From: a virus
Taxonomy: Duplodnaviria > Caudoviricetes
Direction: 5' to 3' (one strand)
Length of the DNA stretch: 64,000 bases
Virus record (IMG/VR): IMGVR_UViG_3300031992_000067
Location: 1-64,000 of that record
Part shown: positions 54,225 through 63,625 of the stretch, in pieces
Position numbering within the stretch: position 1 is the stretch's first letter
Layout: each line of letters starts with the position of its first letter
Program-made: the position numbers and the translations under genes
Notes under the pieces: generated by a model
The model's database searches: none
What the model was told of the DNA's origin: nothing
Seen by the model: only the letters and a program-made list of their open reading frames with translations

Positions 54225-55348
54225 TGGCAAGAAAACTGGCAAGTGTTGTTGAGATTGAATCGGTAGAGCCGATTCCCGAGACGGAGCGGCTCTCCGTGGC
54301 TACCATGCATGGCAAGGGCTGGAAGGTCGTCGTGGGACGAAACGACTTCCGGCCTGGTGAAAAAGCGGTCTACTTCGAGATCGACTCGTACCTTCCGGAC
54401 GAGGAGCGCTACGCATTCCTTCGCGAGCGCTGCATGCGGAAGTTCTGCACCAAGGGCGGAGAAGTCCTGAAGCAGGGTCTCCGCATCAAGACCATCAAGC
54501 TCCGGGGCGTAATCTCCCAGGGGCTCCTGATGCCGGCCACCAAAGAGCTGTTTCCGGAATGCTACGACGAGCGCGGGTTCAGATGCGTCTTCGACGCTGA
54601 CCTCACGGAAACCCTGAAGGTAGAGCACTTCGACGAGGTGAAGGCCGCGCTGGTCCCGGCGATGGGCAATCCGATATCGGCAGAATCCGCCGGTTCGTTC
54701 CCGTCGTACGTCCCCAAGACCGACGAGGAGCGAATCCAAAATCTGGTCGAATACTTCACCACGATGAAGAACCGCACGTTCGAAGTCACGGTTAAGGCCG
54801 ACGGTAGCAGCGTCACGATGCTGTACGCGCCGAACGAAGATCCGGAGGCGCCGTTCAAGGTCTGCTCGCGCAACCTCAACCTGAAGCCGGAGAAGGCGGA
54901 CGGAACCAAGCCGCTGCCATGGCAGATGGCCTTCAAGTACGACGTGGAGAACAAGCTCCGCAAGTACTGGGAGGACCACGGGGTTGAGCTGGCCGTGCAG
55001 GGCGAGCTCATCGGCCCGGGCATCCAGAGCAACCGCGACATGCTCACCGAGCATGAGTGGCGGGTGTTCAAGATCTATGACATCACCAACCAGAGGTACC
55101 TTCTTCCTGGCATCGCGAAAAAGGTCTGCGACGACCTTGGGCTGAAATACGTCACCATCGTCGCCGAGTCGATGCCGGTCTTCCAGAAGTTCAGGAACGT
55201 CGACGAGCTACTGCTGTTCGCCGAGGGCAAGACCGACCGCGGCAACGAGCGCGAAGGGCTGGTGTTCAAGACCACGGACGAACCCTACCGCACGTTCAAG
55301 GCGGTCAGCAACCGCTACCTGCTCAAGCAGGCGGCAAAGGAGGACTAG
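54224..55348 (+). CDS. RNA ligase, DRB0094 (Rnl5) family
   Basis: RKLASVVEIESVEPIP, YFEIDS, PKTDEERIQN, motif I VKADGSS, QGELIGPGIQ.N, REGLVFK, FKAVSNRYLL. Confidence 0.92.
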   Translation: MARKLASVVEIESVEPIPETERLSVATMHGKGWKVVVGRNDFRPGEKAVYFEIDSYLPDEERYAFLRERCMRKFCTKGGEVLKQGLRIKTIKLRGVISQGLLMPATKELFPECYDERGFRCVFDADLTETLKVEHFDEVKAALVPAMGNPISAESAGSFPSYVPKTDEERIQNLVEYFTTMKNRTFEVTVKADGSSVTMLYAPNEDPEAPFKVCSRNLNLKPEKADGTKPLPWQMAFKYDVENKLRKYWEDHGVELAVQGELIGPGIQSNRDMLTEHEWRVFKIYDITNQRYLLPGIAKKVCDDLGLKYVTIVAESMPVFQKFRNVDELLLFAEGKTDRGNEREGLVFKTTDEPYRTFKAVSNRYLLKQAAKED

Positions 55349-55349
55349 C

Positions 55350-55931
55350 ATGAAGCTGCACGAACTCATGGCAGAATTTGCTAGAATATGCTCCGACAAA
55401 CCTGGCGGCATAACCGATGACACAGATGTCAGGGCGTATAACGGAAAAACCGATGGCGTCGAGCGGGAGGTGCTTCACGCCAGGCCCAGGCGGTTTGGTG
55501 ACTGCGTGCTGCTTGAAATCGGGGACGAACACGATGACCTCGATGGAGACATGAGGGAACTTGCCGCCGATAAGGCGGACAAGGAGACCAAGGAGTCGAA
55601 CGAGAAGGAGAATGTGAAGGTCACCAAGTACAGGCTGACCTGCTACGAGGACTCGGAACCGTATGAGCCCGGAACGCGCACGCTAGCCGAGTTCGAGGAC
55701 GACACAGGCGGAATACTGTGCAGGACCGCCATGTCCAAGGCCGTGGACTATATCCACGACCTCCTGGCGGCCGTCACCGACTCCAGGTTCGACCTGACGC
55801 ACGAACTGCGCAAGATCGCGGATGACATCACTGTTCCAACCGGCCTCCGGCAGTTGTCTGTGTACGACCTTCCGCTGTCGGTCGTGAACTTGCTGATTTC
55901 CAAGTACGGCCTTGAGCTGGAGGTAGCCTGA
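55350..55931 (+). CDS. Hypothetical protein
   Basis: SD GGAGG. Confidence 0.7.
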   Translation: MKLHELMAEFARICSDKPGGITDDTDVRAYNGKTDGVEREVLHARPRRFGDCVLLEIGDEHDDLDGDMRELAADKADKETKESNEKENVKVTKYRLTCYEDSEPYEPGTRTLAEFEDDTGGILCRTAMSKAVDYIHDLLAAVTDSRFDLTHELRKIADDITVPTGLRQLSVYDLPLSVVNLLISKYGLELEVA

Positions 55932-56248
55932 TGCCGCTGCTGAAGCTGCATGACGAGAAAGGCAGCCCTGTGTACGTCAACCCTGACTACGTGACGTTCG
56001 TCAGCAAGTCACCCACCTCCCGCGGGACGGTGGTGGGGCTTGTCGGCGACGACCTCGGGTGCGACGTGGCCGAGACTGCCGACCAGGTGGCCCGGATGCT
56101 CTGCTCGGGTCAGGACACGACCGAGAACAAACCGGAGCCGCCACCGCTGCAGCAGAGGCAGCGGCGGAGGTTCCCGACTTTCAAGAGGGAGATAGACAAT
56201 GCCGGGAAAGAAGAAACGAAACCAGGGAATCAAGACCACGACCATTGA
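55931..56248 (+). CDS. Hypothetical protein
   Basis: LKLHD.KG.PVYVNPDYV module. Confidence 0.65.
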   Translation: MPLLKLHDEKGSPVYVNPDYVTFVSKSPTSRGTVVGLVGDDLGCDVAETADQVARMLCSGQDTTENKPEPPPLQQRQRRRFPTFKREIDNAGKEETKPGNQDHDH

Positions 56249-56480
56249 GCGCGTCCCGCAATGGGCGGCCTACTACCTTGAGTACGGAGAGTCCGAGGGG
56301 CTCTCCGACAAGGAGAAGAAGATGGTCGACGACTGGGTCGAGGGGCTGCGCAAGGAGGGTTACCGCCTGCTCGGCCCAGTCGACGGCACCGAGAACGAGT
56401 TCGACTCGTGGCCGGCCTTCGGGCTTCCGTGCGCCGTCCAGGACTGGACCGCGGAGGTCGTTGGCAAGGAGGAGTTCTGA
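56199..56480 (+). CDS. Hypothetical protein
   Basis: VPQWAAYYLEYG...GL. Confidence 0.7.
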   Translation: MPGKKKRNQGIKTTTIERVPQWAAYYLEYGESEGLSDKEKKMVDDWVEGLRKEGYRLLGPVDGTENEFDSWPAFGLPCAVQDWTAEVVGKEEF

Positions 56481-56821
56481 TGGAGCTCAAGTGGACCAAG
56501 GTGGAGGACGGGCTTCCGTCCTCCACGGGGTGGTACCTGACGTATTCCCCGGACTACTGGCGTGCCAACGCCTTCACAAACCGCGAGAAGTGCGATGGCC
56601 TCGTATTCGCCAAGTTCGCGGTGTCCAAGAACGGAAACAAGTGCTGGAGCATTGAGGGACCCGAAGGTTGCATTAACCACGGCGTCGTCAAGGCCTGGAT
56701 GCCGCTTCCGCTGCCCGAGTGGGCGAATCCGTGGACGGACGTGCCGTTCGACGCCACACCCGGCTATCCAAGCGCGAAGTTGGAAGATGAACTCAAGAGG
56801 AAAGGCATGGAGGAGCCATGA
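56480..56821 (+). CDS. DUF551-like protein
   Basis: WTKVEDGLP...V.AWMPLP. Confidence 0.65.
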   Translation: MELKWTKVEDGLPSSTGWYLTYSPDYWRANAFTNREKCDGLVFAKFAVSKNGNKCWSIEGPEGCINHGVVKAWMPLPLPEWANPWTDVPFDATPGYPSAKLEDELKRKGMEEP

Positions 56822-57450
56822 TAAGGAACGCAACTGTATTCGAGTACGACCCTGGATGGATGGAACACATGTCCATCGGGAACTTGTCAGATTTCTACAG
56901 GTTCGTCAACATACTGCGGGAAGTTGCGCGGCTGTCCGGGGCTCGCGTCAAACTCAACGTGGTTGAGCCTGGGTCGGAGTGCTATACGTACTCTCTGGTG
57001 TTCGTGAACTGGACTGAGAAGTCTATGGGAGACCTGGAAGCGTGGATTCGCGTACACCCGCATGACGACATATTCCTGAAAAAACGTTTCGACATGCCCA
57101 CAATCATGTCAGAGCTCAGAAACCTAATTTCAGGAAAAGACAGGTTCGGATATGACATGCCGCCACGCTTTCCAGAGGCTGCCTGCAGGGATGACGAACC
57201 TCAGAAAACGCTGCGCATATTAAGACCAGTTAAAAGGGAGACCATGTGCACGGCGGACGGTGTGTTCGCAGGCATGTCGTTGGACGAACTTGTGAAGATA
57301 ATTGCAAACATCTACGCCGATTCTGAAGCAGGCTGCCCAATGCCACTGACTGACAGGGAAACCGGGTACCTGGCCGTAAGGGAGGCGATCAGACGTCTGA
57401 AGGCGCTTGACGCCACACCTGAGAAATGCCGGCCTGAATGGCTGGGCTGA
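56818..57450 (+). CDS. Hypothetical protein
   Basis: ATGA coupling. Confidence 0.7.
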   Translation: MIRNATVFEYDPGWMEHMSIGNLSDFYRFVNILREVARLSGARVKLNVVEPGSECYTYSLVFVNWTEKSMGDLEAWIRVHPHDDIFLKKRFDMPTIMSELRNLISGKDRFGYDMPPRFPEAACRDDEPQKTLRILRPVKRETMCTADGVFAGMSLDELVKIIANIYADSEAGCPMPLTDRETGYLAVREAIRRLKALDATPEKCRPEWLG

Positions 57451-57466
57451 ACAAGGAGAATGAACT

Positions 57467-57937
57467 GTGAGGCACAGACAAAGATACGAGAGAATGAACG
57501 CACGAAAGGTGCGTGACGCCGTCAAATGGCTCATCGACACACAGGAGGGGTGCGTCCACTACCAGGTTGGCGCGACCAGCCTCATGGACGTCTTCGTGGC
57601 CATTGGCTGGCGCGAATGCGATGATGCGCAGCCGGCGCTTGACGGAAGATTCGAGCACAAGCCGGTATGGCGCGTGTGCTGGAAAATCGGTGTCCAGACC
57701 GCCGGTTACTATCACATGCAAACCGACTTGGATGTAGACTTTGACTACCCGTGGGGCGGAGAGTATGACGACTGCTACGTGGTCGACGGCGAGATCTGCG
57801 ACCAGAACGGCCCTGTACCCACTTGGAAGGCCTGCCAGCGCATCTCAAAGTACATCAACGGGGAGATCATGGGCGTCATCAAGTTCCAGAAGGAGATGGA
57901 GCGCAATAACGAGGGCTCCGGAAAGGCGAAGGAATGA
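57467..57937 (+). CDS. Hypothetical protein
   Basis: SD AAGGAG; start GTG 57467 or a later ATG. Confidence 0.7.
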   Translation: MRHRQRYERMNARKVRDAVKWLIDTQEGCVHYQVGATSLMDVFVAIGWRECDDAQPALDGRFEHKPVWRVCWKIGVQTAGYYHMQTDLDVDFDYPWGGEYDDCYVVDGEICDQNGPVPTWKACQRISKYINGEIMGVIKFQKEMERNNEGSGKAKE

Positions 57938-57938
57938 C

Positions 57939-58292
57939 ATGGAAGCTGTAAAATGGGTGCTCGGGTACCTCGGCATAGGCCTGGCGGTGGCCACGGCATT
58001 CGGATGCTGGTGCAAGCTGGGTAGCTGGCATGACCATCTGATGGATTGCGATCTCGAAGGCCTGTGGATGACGTTCCTGCTCTGGCCGCTGGTGGTGCTG
58101 GCGTTTCCGATATTTGTCATCATTACGGTCTTCGAGGAACTTGAGAAATCGCAATGGTGGCAGAAGCTACCGGACAGCAAGGACCTGTACCCGGTGGAAT
58201 GGCTGTTCTGCTGGCCGGTCAAACTGTATGAACTCTGGAGGAAGAGACATGACGGACGAAAAGAAGACGGAGATGGAGACAGCGGCAAGTGA
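57939..58292 (+). CDS. Two-TM membrane protein (paralogue of 53170-53505)
   Basis: WVLGYLGIG...LWPL. Confidence 0.7.
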   Translation: MEAVKWVLGYLGIGLAVATAFGCWCKLGSWHDHLMDCDLEGLWMTFLLWPLVVLAFPIFVIITVFEELEKSQWWQKLPDSKDLYPVEWLFCWPVKLYELWRKRHDGRKEDGDGDSGK

Positions 58293-58599
58293 CGTCTCAA
58301 AAGAGACCAGCAAACTGACAGACAAGGCACTCGACGACACGGCTCTGGACAAGCTGTTGGGCGTCATAAAGGACGCAATGGTCGAGATGAAGGACTCCAT
58401 CACCGGCCTTGTCCTGGCCGGGATGGACGAGGAGGCCATCGGAAAGTCGGTAAACACGATAATGCACATCTCGATGGAGCTGGCCAAGAAGGCCTTCGCC
58501 ATCGGCGTGCAGTCCGGCGGCGACGCCATGAACCAGTCGTGGATGGCGTCCCTGGAGACAGTCCAGAAGAACTTCCTGAAACGAACCGGGGGCATGTAA
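58249..58599 (+). CDS. Helical hypothetical protein
   Basis: ATG 58249 after GGAGGA. Confidence 0.7.
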   Translation: MTDEKKTEMETAASDVSKETSKLTDKALDDTALDKLLGVIKDAMVEMKDSITGLVLAGMDEEAIGKSVNTIMHISMELAKKAFAIGVQSGGDAMNQSWMASLETVQKNFLKRTGGM

Positions 58600-58881
58600 A
58601 TGGACTACAGGAACAACGGCAACGGCAGCTGGACATGGTTCTGCGAGGATTGCGGCAAGGAGGAGATCGTCTTCAACGGAAACAGTCCGAAAAAGATAAA
58701 GTCATTCTCTGGGTGGTGCGAGAGCATACTTCCAAAACTGAATCTCGACTGGTATATCAGACCGAGAGTATGGGAGTGGATGCTCCACTGGGGCGGCATG
58801 GGGCTGTGCAAGCGGTGCGCTACGAGAAAGATCGATTACTGCACCAACCATCCGTCCCCTGAGGAAAGGGAACTGGCATGA
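58600..58881 (+). CDS. Zinc-finger hypothetical protein
   Basis: CEDC...CKRC. Confidence 0.7.
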   Translation: MDYRNNGNGSWTWFCEDCGKEEIVFNGNSPKKIKSFSGWCESILPKLNLDWYIRPRVWEWMLHWGGMGLCKRCATRKIDYCTNHPSPEERELA

Positions 58882-59111
58882 CTGTACGCGAGATGAAAGA
58901 ACGGCTTGACGCCATGGTCAGAGATTGCCCATGGCTTCTAGACGCCAACGTGTGCACCTGGAACGACGAGTTCCAGAGATGGGATAACACCGATACCGTG
59001 GAGGACCTGAATGTCATACGGTACAAACCTGAGGGTGGACGTTTTCTTGGAGTAGGTATCAGGCCATACGACTGGGAGGATGAATACGAGGTCATTTGGC
59101 CTGAGAATTGA
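58878..59111 (+). CDS. Hypothetical protein
   Basis: MTVREMKERL. Confidence 0.7.
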   Translation: MTVREMKERLDAMVRDCPWLLDANVCTWNDEFQRWDNTDTVEDLNVIRYKPEGGRFLGVGIRPYDWEDEYEVIWPEN

Positions 59112-59122
59112 AGGAGACCGAA

Positions 59123-59413
59123 ATGAAGGTTAGGTGCACTCATATAGACTGGGACATCTCTGACGAGGACCTGTTCGATAACTTCGGCAGCACCGTTGAC
59201 AAGAACGGGTTGCCATACACCGCCAAGGCCCTTGGTCTGCCGGCATACGATGCGATTGTAGAGGTTGAAGTCGATGACGATGACTGGAACGACGCCGTGG
59301 AAAACTTCGAAGAATCGTCGCTTATCGCAGACGCATTGTCAGACGAGTATGGCTGGCTTGTGAACTCACTCCTGGTATTGGAGGATGACGCTGGAGACCC
59401 TGGCGACCTATGA
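59123..59413 (+). CDS. Acidic hypothetical protein
   Basis: IDWD...LP...IADALSDEYGWLV motif. Confidence 0.7.
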   Translation: MKVRCTHIDWDISDEDLFDNFGSTVDKNGLPYTAKALGLPAYDAIVEVEVDDDDWNDAVENFEESSLIADALSDEYGWLVNSLLVLEDDAGDPGDL

Positions 59414-59652
59414 CGGAGTATGCCATCAAGATAGGCGGAAGCATATGGGATGGCGGGTACGTCGGTGAAAAATGTCGTTTCGACACCTACGAAGAGGCCC
59501 AGGCCGCAGCGGACGAAATGCGTAGACAATCCGAGTTATTTCGTACGGAATTCAACATGTTAAAGCTTCCAAAGCTTCCAAAATGCACGTATACCGTGGT
59601 TGAACGAGAAGTGACGCCATGGAGAAAAGCCAAGAAGGAGAAGAAGTTATGA
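59410..59652 (+). CDS. Hypothetical protein (tandem paralogue A)
   Basis: YAIKIG...REVTPW. Confidence 0.7.
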   Translation: MTEYAIKIGGSIWDGGYVGEKCRFDTYEEAQAAADEMRRQSELFRTEFNMLKLPKLPKCTYTVVEREVTPWRKAKKEKKL

Positions 59653-59867
59653 GGCAGTATGCAGTAAAGTCAGGACGGACAGTCCTGGACAACAACGTGT
59701 GCAAAACCAGGAAGAAGGCCGAGGAATACCTGGCCGATCTGGAAGCTGCGGACAGGGCCTACGACAGGCCAAACACGACTAGGCGCGTCATAGTATGGCG
59801 CGAGGTGACGCCGTGGATTGAGTCCAAGGAGGACAACAATGATTCTAAGAAGCATTAGCCTGCGCAA
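59649..59867 (+). CDS. Hypothetical protein (tandem paralogue B)
   Basis: YAVKSG...REVTPW. Confidence 0.7.
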
Positions 59868-61965
59868 CTACAGGCAGCATCGTGAACTGGACATTGACTT
59901 CACCGGACACATGATCGCGGTCATAGGCCGTAATGGGTCCGGCAAGTCTAACTTCCTTGGAGCCATTCAGTTCGCGCTCACCGGAGAGCAGCCGGGGTTC
60001 AACAAGGAAGACCTTCTGAACTGGGAGGCAGCCAAGTCCAATGAAGGCGGGTACGTCGACTTGTCATTCGAGCACAACGGCGTGGAATGCAGGATCCAGC
60101 GCCGAATCGAGAAGCCGGCCGTCACTCTGACCGTCGACGGGGAGAAGTTCACCGGTACGAAGAAGGTTCAAGAGCATCTGGAGCTGATGGGAATAGACAA
60201 GGACGTACTAAGACAGTCCGTGTTCGTCCGGCAGACCGAGGTTGAGTCTGTCCTGTTCGACGACCCGCGTGAGCGCGAGCTGGCCTTCCAGAAGCTGGTA
60301 GGGCTTGGCGACGCGGCCAAGCACCAGAAGTTCCTGACGGACTTCCTGGCCGCGCTTGCGGAGCCGAAGAACCTCAACGACGAGATCGAGCGCCAGAAGG
60401 ACACCATCGAGTCCCAGAAGGCGTCGCTCAAGGAACTTGAGAACCGGTCGCGTGAGATGGATGACACAATGGCCAAGGCCGGCGACGAGTCTTCCATCAT
60501 GTCGAAGATGTCCACGCTGGATTCCCGCATCTCGCTCATCGAGAGCGCCATATCGAAGCACGAGGCGCATGACGCGGCCGTAGAAGGGCTTGCCCAGACC
60601 ATGCTGTCCCAAAATGGAGTCAACATGGCCGAGACGGATCTTCAATGGTTCGACGACCAGATAGACGCCGTCAAGGACGCAATCGTTAAAAACGATGCGG
60701 TTATCGAACGGAACAAACAGCGTTCTGACGCCGTATCCCGTCTTGAATCCGCAAAATCCTCGCTGGGACAAATCCCTAGCAACATCGGGGAAGTCGCCGA
60801 CATGGTGAACTCGGCCAAGTCCGACCTTGCGGAAACCCGTGGTCGAAAGGCCCAGCTGGAAAAGCTACTGGCGGACGCGCCTGACGGCAACGTGTGCCCG
60901 CTGTGCGGATCTACAACGGATCACAATATCAAGGCGGAGATTCAATCCGAGCTTGACAAGGTAAAGCAAACCGAATCAGACCTGGCGTCAGTGGTGAAAG
61001 ACCACGGCTACGCCCCGGCGCTCCTGCTTGAAAAAGGCCGTAGGGAGGACGAGGTAAGGCGTCTTGAGGAATATGTCGACGGGCTTGGACCAAACGAGGG
61101 GTATCAAGACCGGGAAGTCATGGCCAGCAAGGAACGGGAACTTCGAGAAGAGCGTGCTAAAGCCGCAACTGGAAACGAGCGCATCCGCGCCGCAAACACC
61201 AGGCTGGCGGCCGCGAAGATAGCGGTTGACCGAGCCAAGGAGGAGATGGACAAGGCCATGGCCAAGATTCCTGGAAACCACACGGTGGACGAACTGGGAA
61301 CGGCCCTGCAGGCCATCCGAGGCCAGCGCGAGACCTTGTTTGCAAGTCTGGGCGCCCTGTCACAGCTTAAGGCCCAGAAGGCCGAGCTCGATGGTGGCAT
61401 CTCCCAGCTGAGGAAATTCATCACCGACGCCGAGAACGGGCTTGCCGAGCTGGAGCGCCTGAACGCCGAGAACCAGGTCAAGACAAAGAAGATCCAAGTT
61501 ATCCGTGACGTCAAGGACTGGTTCAGCTACAAGAACGGGCCGAGGGTGATGTCACAGGCTGTAATGGGTATGCTGGTGGATGAAACCAACAAGTTCCTGA
61601 ACCAGTTCGGTTCTCCGTTCGTGGTGACGCCAATGGAGGAGGGGATGGGGTTCCGGTGCGTCTTCACCGACGGTCGTGTAACCTCCGAACCCCCGCCTGA
61701 GGCAACCATGCTCTCAGGAGGCCAGAAGATCGCGCTTGCGGTAGCGTTCAGGTTCGCGGTATACATGATGTTCGCTGGCAAGCTTGGGCTGCTCAGCCTA
61801 GACGAACCGACTGCGTATCTTGACGACGAGACGATCTCCAGGTTCGCGGACCTTCTCGGAAAGATACGTGATCTCGCCGCAAACATGGGCGTCCAGTGCC
61901 TTGTGTCAACTCACGAGTCGTCGCTATCTACGGCGTTCGACCAGACCATCTCGATCGGGAGGTAG
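59839..61965 (+). CDS. sbcC: Rad50/SbcC-family SMC-like ATPase
   Basis: Walker A GRNGSGKS, Q-loop FVRQ, coiled coils, zinc hook CPLCG, signature LSGGQ, Walker B LSLDEP, H-loop STH. Confidence 0.92.
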   Translation: MILRSISLRNYRQHRELDIDFTGHMIAVIGRNGSGKSNFLGAIQFALTGEQPGFNKEDLLNWEAAKSNEGGYVDLSFEHNGVECRIQRRIEKPAVTLTVDGEKFTGTKKVQEHLELMGIDKDVLRQSVFVRQTEVESVLFDDPRERELAFQKLVGLGDAAKHQKFLTDFLAALAEPKNLNDEIERQKDTIESQKASLKELENRSREMDDTMAKAGDESSIMSKMSTLDSRISLIESAISKHEAHDAAVEGLAQTMLSQNGVNMAETDLQWFDDQIDAVKDAIVKNDAVIERNKQRSDAVSRLESAKSSLGQIPSNIGEVADMVNSAKSDLAETRGRKAQLEKLLADAPDGNVCPLCGSTTDHNIKAEIQSELDKVKQTESDLASVVKDHGYAPALLLEKGRREDEVRRLEEYVDGLGPNEGYQDREVMASKERELREERAKAATGNERIRAANTRLAAAKIAVDRAKEEMDKAMAKIPGNHTVDELGTALQAIRGQRETLFASLGALSQLKAQKAELDGGISQLRKFITDAENGLAELERLNAENQVKTKKIQVIRDVKDWFSYKNGPRVMSQAVMGMLVDETNKFLNQFGSPFVVTPMEEGMGFRCVFTDGRVTSEPPPEATMLSGGQKIALAVAFRFAVYMMFAGKLGLLSLDEPTAYLDDETISRFADLLGKIRDLAANMGVQCLVSTHESSLSTAFDQTISIGR

Positions 61966-61981
61966 GGTCTGTATTCGCCGA

Positions 61982-62018
61982 TCCCGCATCACGTGCTGGA
62001 GCACGACCCGATGCGGGA
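61982..62018. repeat. Nested intergenic hairpin
   Basis: TCCCGCATC/GATGCGGGA enclosing CGTGCT/AGCACG. Confidence 0.6.
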
Positions 62019-62070
62019 CGCCAAGTAACAACAGGCTGTCCTACCGGCCATACGGGGAAAGGAGAAAAAC

Positions 62071-62634
62071 ATGGGACAATACTACAAGGTCCTTGCGGAA
62101 GACAAGGACGGAAAACGCACGGCCTATGACCGGAGCGTGGACGGGAACTACACTATGGCCAAGCTCATGGAGCACTCGTGGTGGAACAACAGTTTCTGCC
62201 GTGCTCTTTCGGAAACGCTGGTCGACAACCCAAGGAGGATCGCCTGGGTCGGGGATTACGCGGAGGAAGACGAGTGCAAGGCGCTCGGGTTTGAATACTG
62301 GGAGGTGTGGGGCAGCGAGGACCAGGACCCCGCAGTCGGCATCAGCTCGACCGACTTCACGCTCGACCGGGTCAAGTATCTGGTCAACGTCACCAAGAAG
62401 CTGTACGTAGACCTGGCCAAATACAAGGAGTCAAGCATGGATGAGAACGGCCGGACCATACACCCCATTCCCGTGCTTACGTGCATCGGGAACGGACGCG
62501 GTGGCGGGGACTACCATCCTGCGGACGGCGTTTCCGGCGAATGGATCGGGGCATGGGCGTTCGACGCGATCATGCTCACGAACGACAAGCCAGAGGGCTG
62601 TGCCGAAGTCTGCCCGGTTTTCCGGGAAAACTAG
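62071..62634 (+). CDS. Hypothetical protein
   Basis: MGQYYK...KLMEHSW...GNGRGGGDY. Confidence 0.8.
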   Translation: MGQYYKVLAEDKDGKRTAYDRSVDGNYTMAKLMEHSWWNNSFCRALSETLVDNPRRIAWVGDYAEEDECKALGFEYWEVWGSEDQDPAVGISSTDFTLDRVKYLVNVTKKLYVDLAKYKESSMDENGRTIHPIPVLTCIGNGRGGGDYHPADGVSGEWIGAWAFDAIMLTNDKPEGCAEVCPVFREN

Positions 62635-62752
62635 AACCAACAATAAGTGGTTTCGTGTTACCCCTCTGCCACCGTCTCGGGGAATGCCGGCCAGTGAGAT
62701 GGCGCCGTACATGCGGGGAGCGACCCGCACAACCATTTTCAGGAGGACAACT

Positions 62753-63610
62753 ATGAACACCGACTACAAGGAACTGGCCATGTATCTGGCCAACAGAATG
62801 TATAAGTGGTTTGAAAAGGAAGCCGGGTACAAGAACAAGAAGGATTACAAGGCTGTCATCGGCATCTCCGGAGGCAAGGATTCAGCAGTGGCGGCGGCCA
62901 TAGCCTGCGAGGCGATCGGCAAGGAGAACGTGTACGGAGTGCTGATGCCGAACGGCGAGCAGGCCGACATCGAGGATTCAGAAAAGGTCTGCAGGTTCCT
63001 GGACATCAAATGGGGCGTGTGCAAGATTGACGGCCCATACGTAGCGATGCTCGCCGCGCTGAACGTCTCTGACGTCGACATCAGAGACAGGGAGAAGTGG
63101 TGGAACCCAGACAAGTTCGAATGCGACACGAGAGTCACGACGAACCTGCCGGCCAGACTCCGCATGTGCGCGCTGTACTCGATCGCCGCCAGAATCAACG
63201 GCCGCGTCATCGGCACCGGAAACTTCTCCGAGGCCATCGCCGGCTACACCACGCTGTGGGGCGACTCGGCCTGCGACTACAATCCGTTGGCCCGCATGTA
63301 CGCCGACGAGGTCGTGGAGGTGGGGCGTGCGCTGGGCGACCTGCCGGAGGAGGTACTGTCAAAACCGCCGTCCGACGGAATGTCCGGGAAGACAGACGAG
63401 GACAACCTCGGCTTCACCTACGCGGAGCTCAAGGCCGCGATGCACAGGACTGGCGACGAGGTCCCGCCGAAGTACGACGAGGTGATGAAGCGGGCGACTG
63501 CCGCATCGTTCAAGCGCAGGCTTCTAATAGGGATACCGCATCCGAGCGTGGAGCGCCACCTTGACGGCTCAATCGACATGATACGCACGATGGACGCCTG
63601 GAACAAGTAA
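62753..63610 (+). CDS. nadE: NH3-dependent NAD+ synthetase
   Basis: ATG 62753 after AGGAGG; GISGGKDS PP-loop, N..ARLRM..LY, GTGNFSE, GY.T.WGD, PSDG, DED.LGFTY; no glutaminase domain. Confidence 0.92.
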   Translation: MNTDYKELAMYLANRMYKWFEKEAGYKNKKDYKAVIGISGGKDSAVAAAIACEAIGKENVYGVLMPNGEQADIEDSEKVCRFLDIKWGVCKIDGPYVAMLAALNVSDVDIRDREKWWNPDKFECDTRVTTNLPARLRMCALYSIAARINGRVIGTGNFSEAIAGYTTLWGDSACDYNPLARMYADEVVEVGRALGDLPEEVLSKPPSDGMSGKTDEDNLGFTYAELKAAMHRTGDEVPPKYDEVMKRATAASFKRRLLIGIPHPSVERHLDGSIDMIRTMDAWNK

Positions 63611-63625
63611 CGCCGGCGCCCGGTT

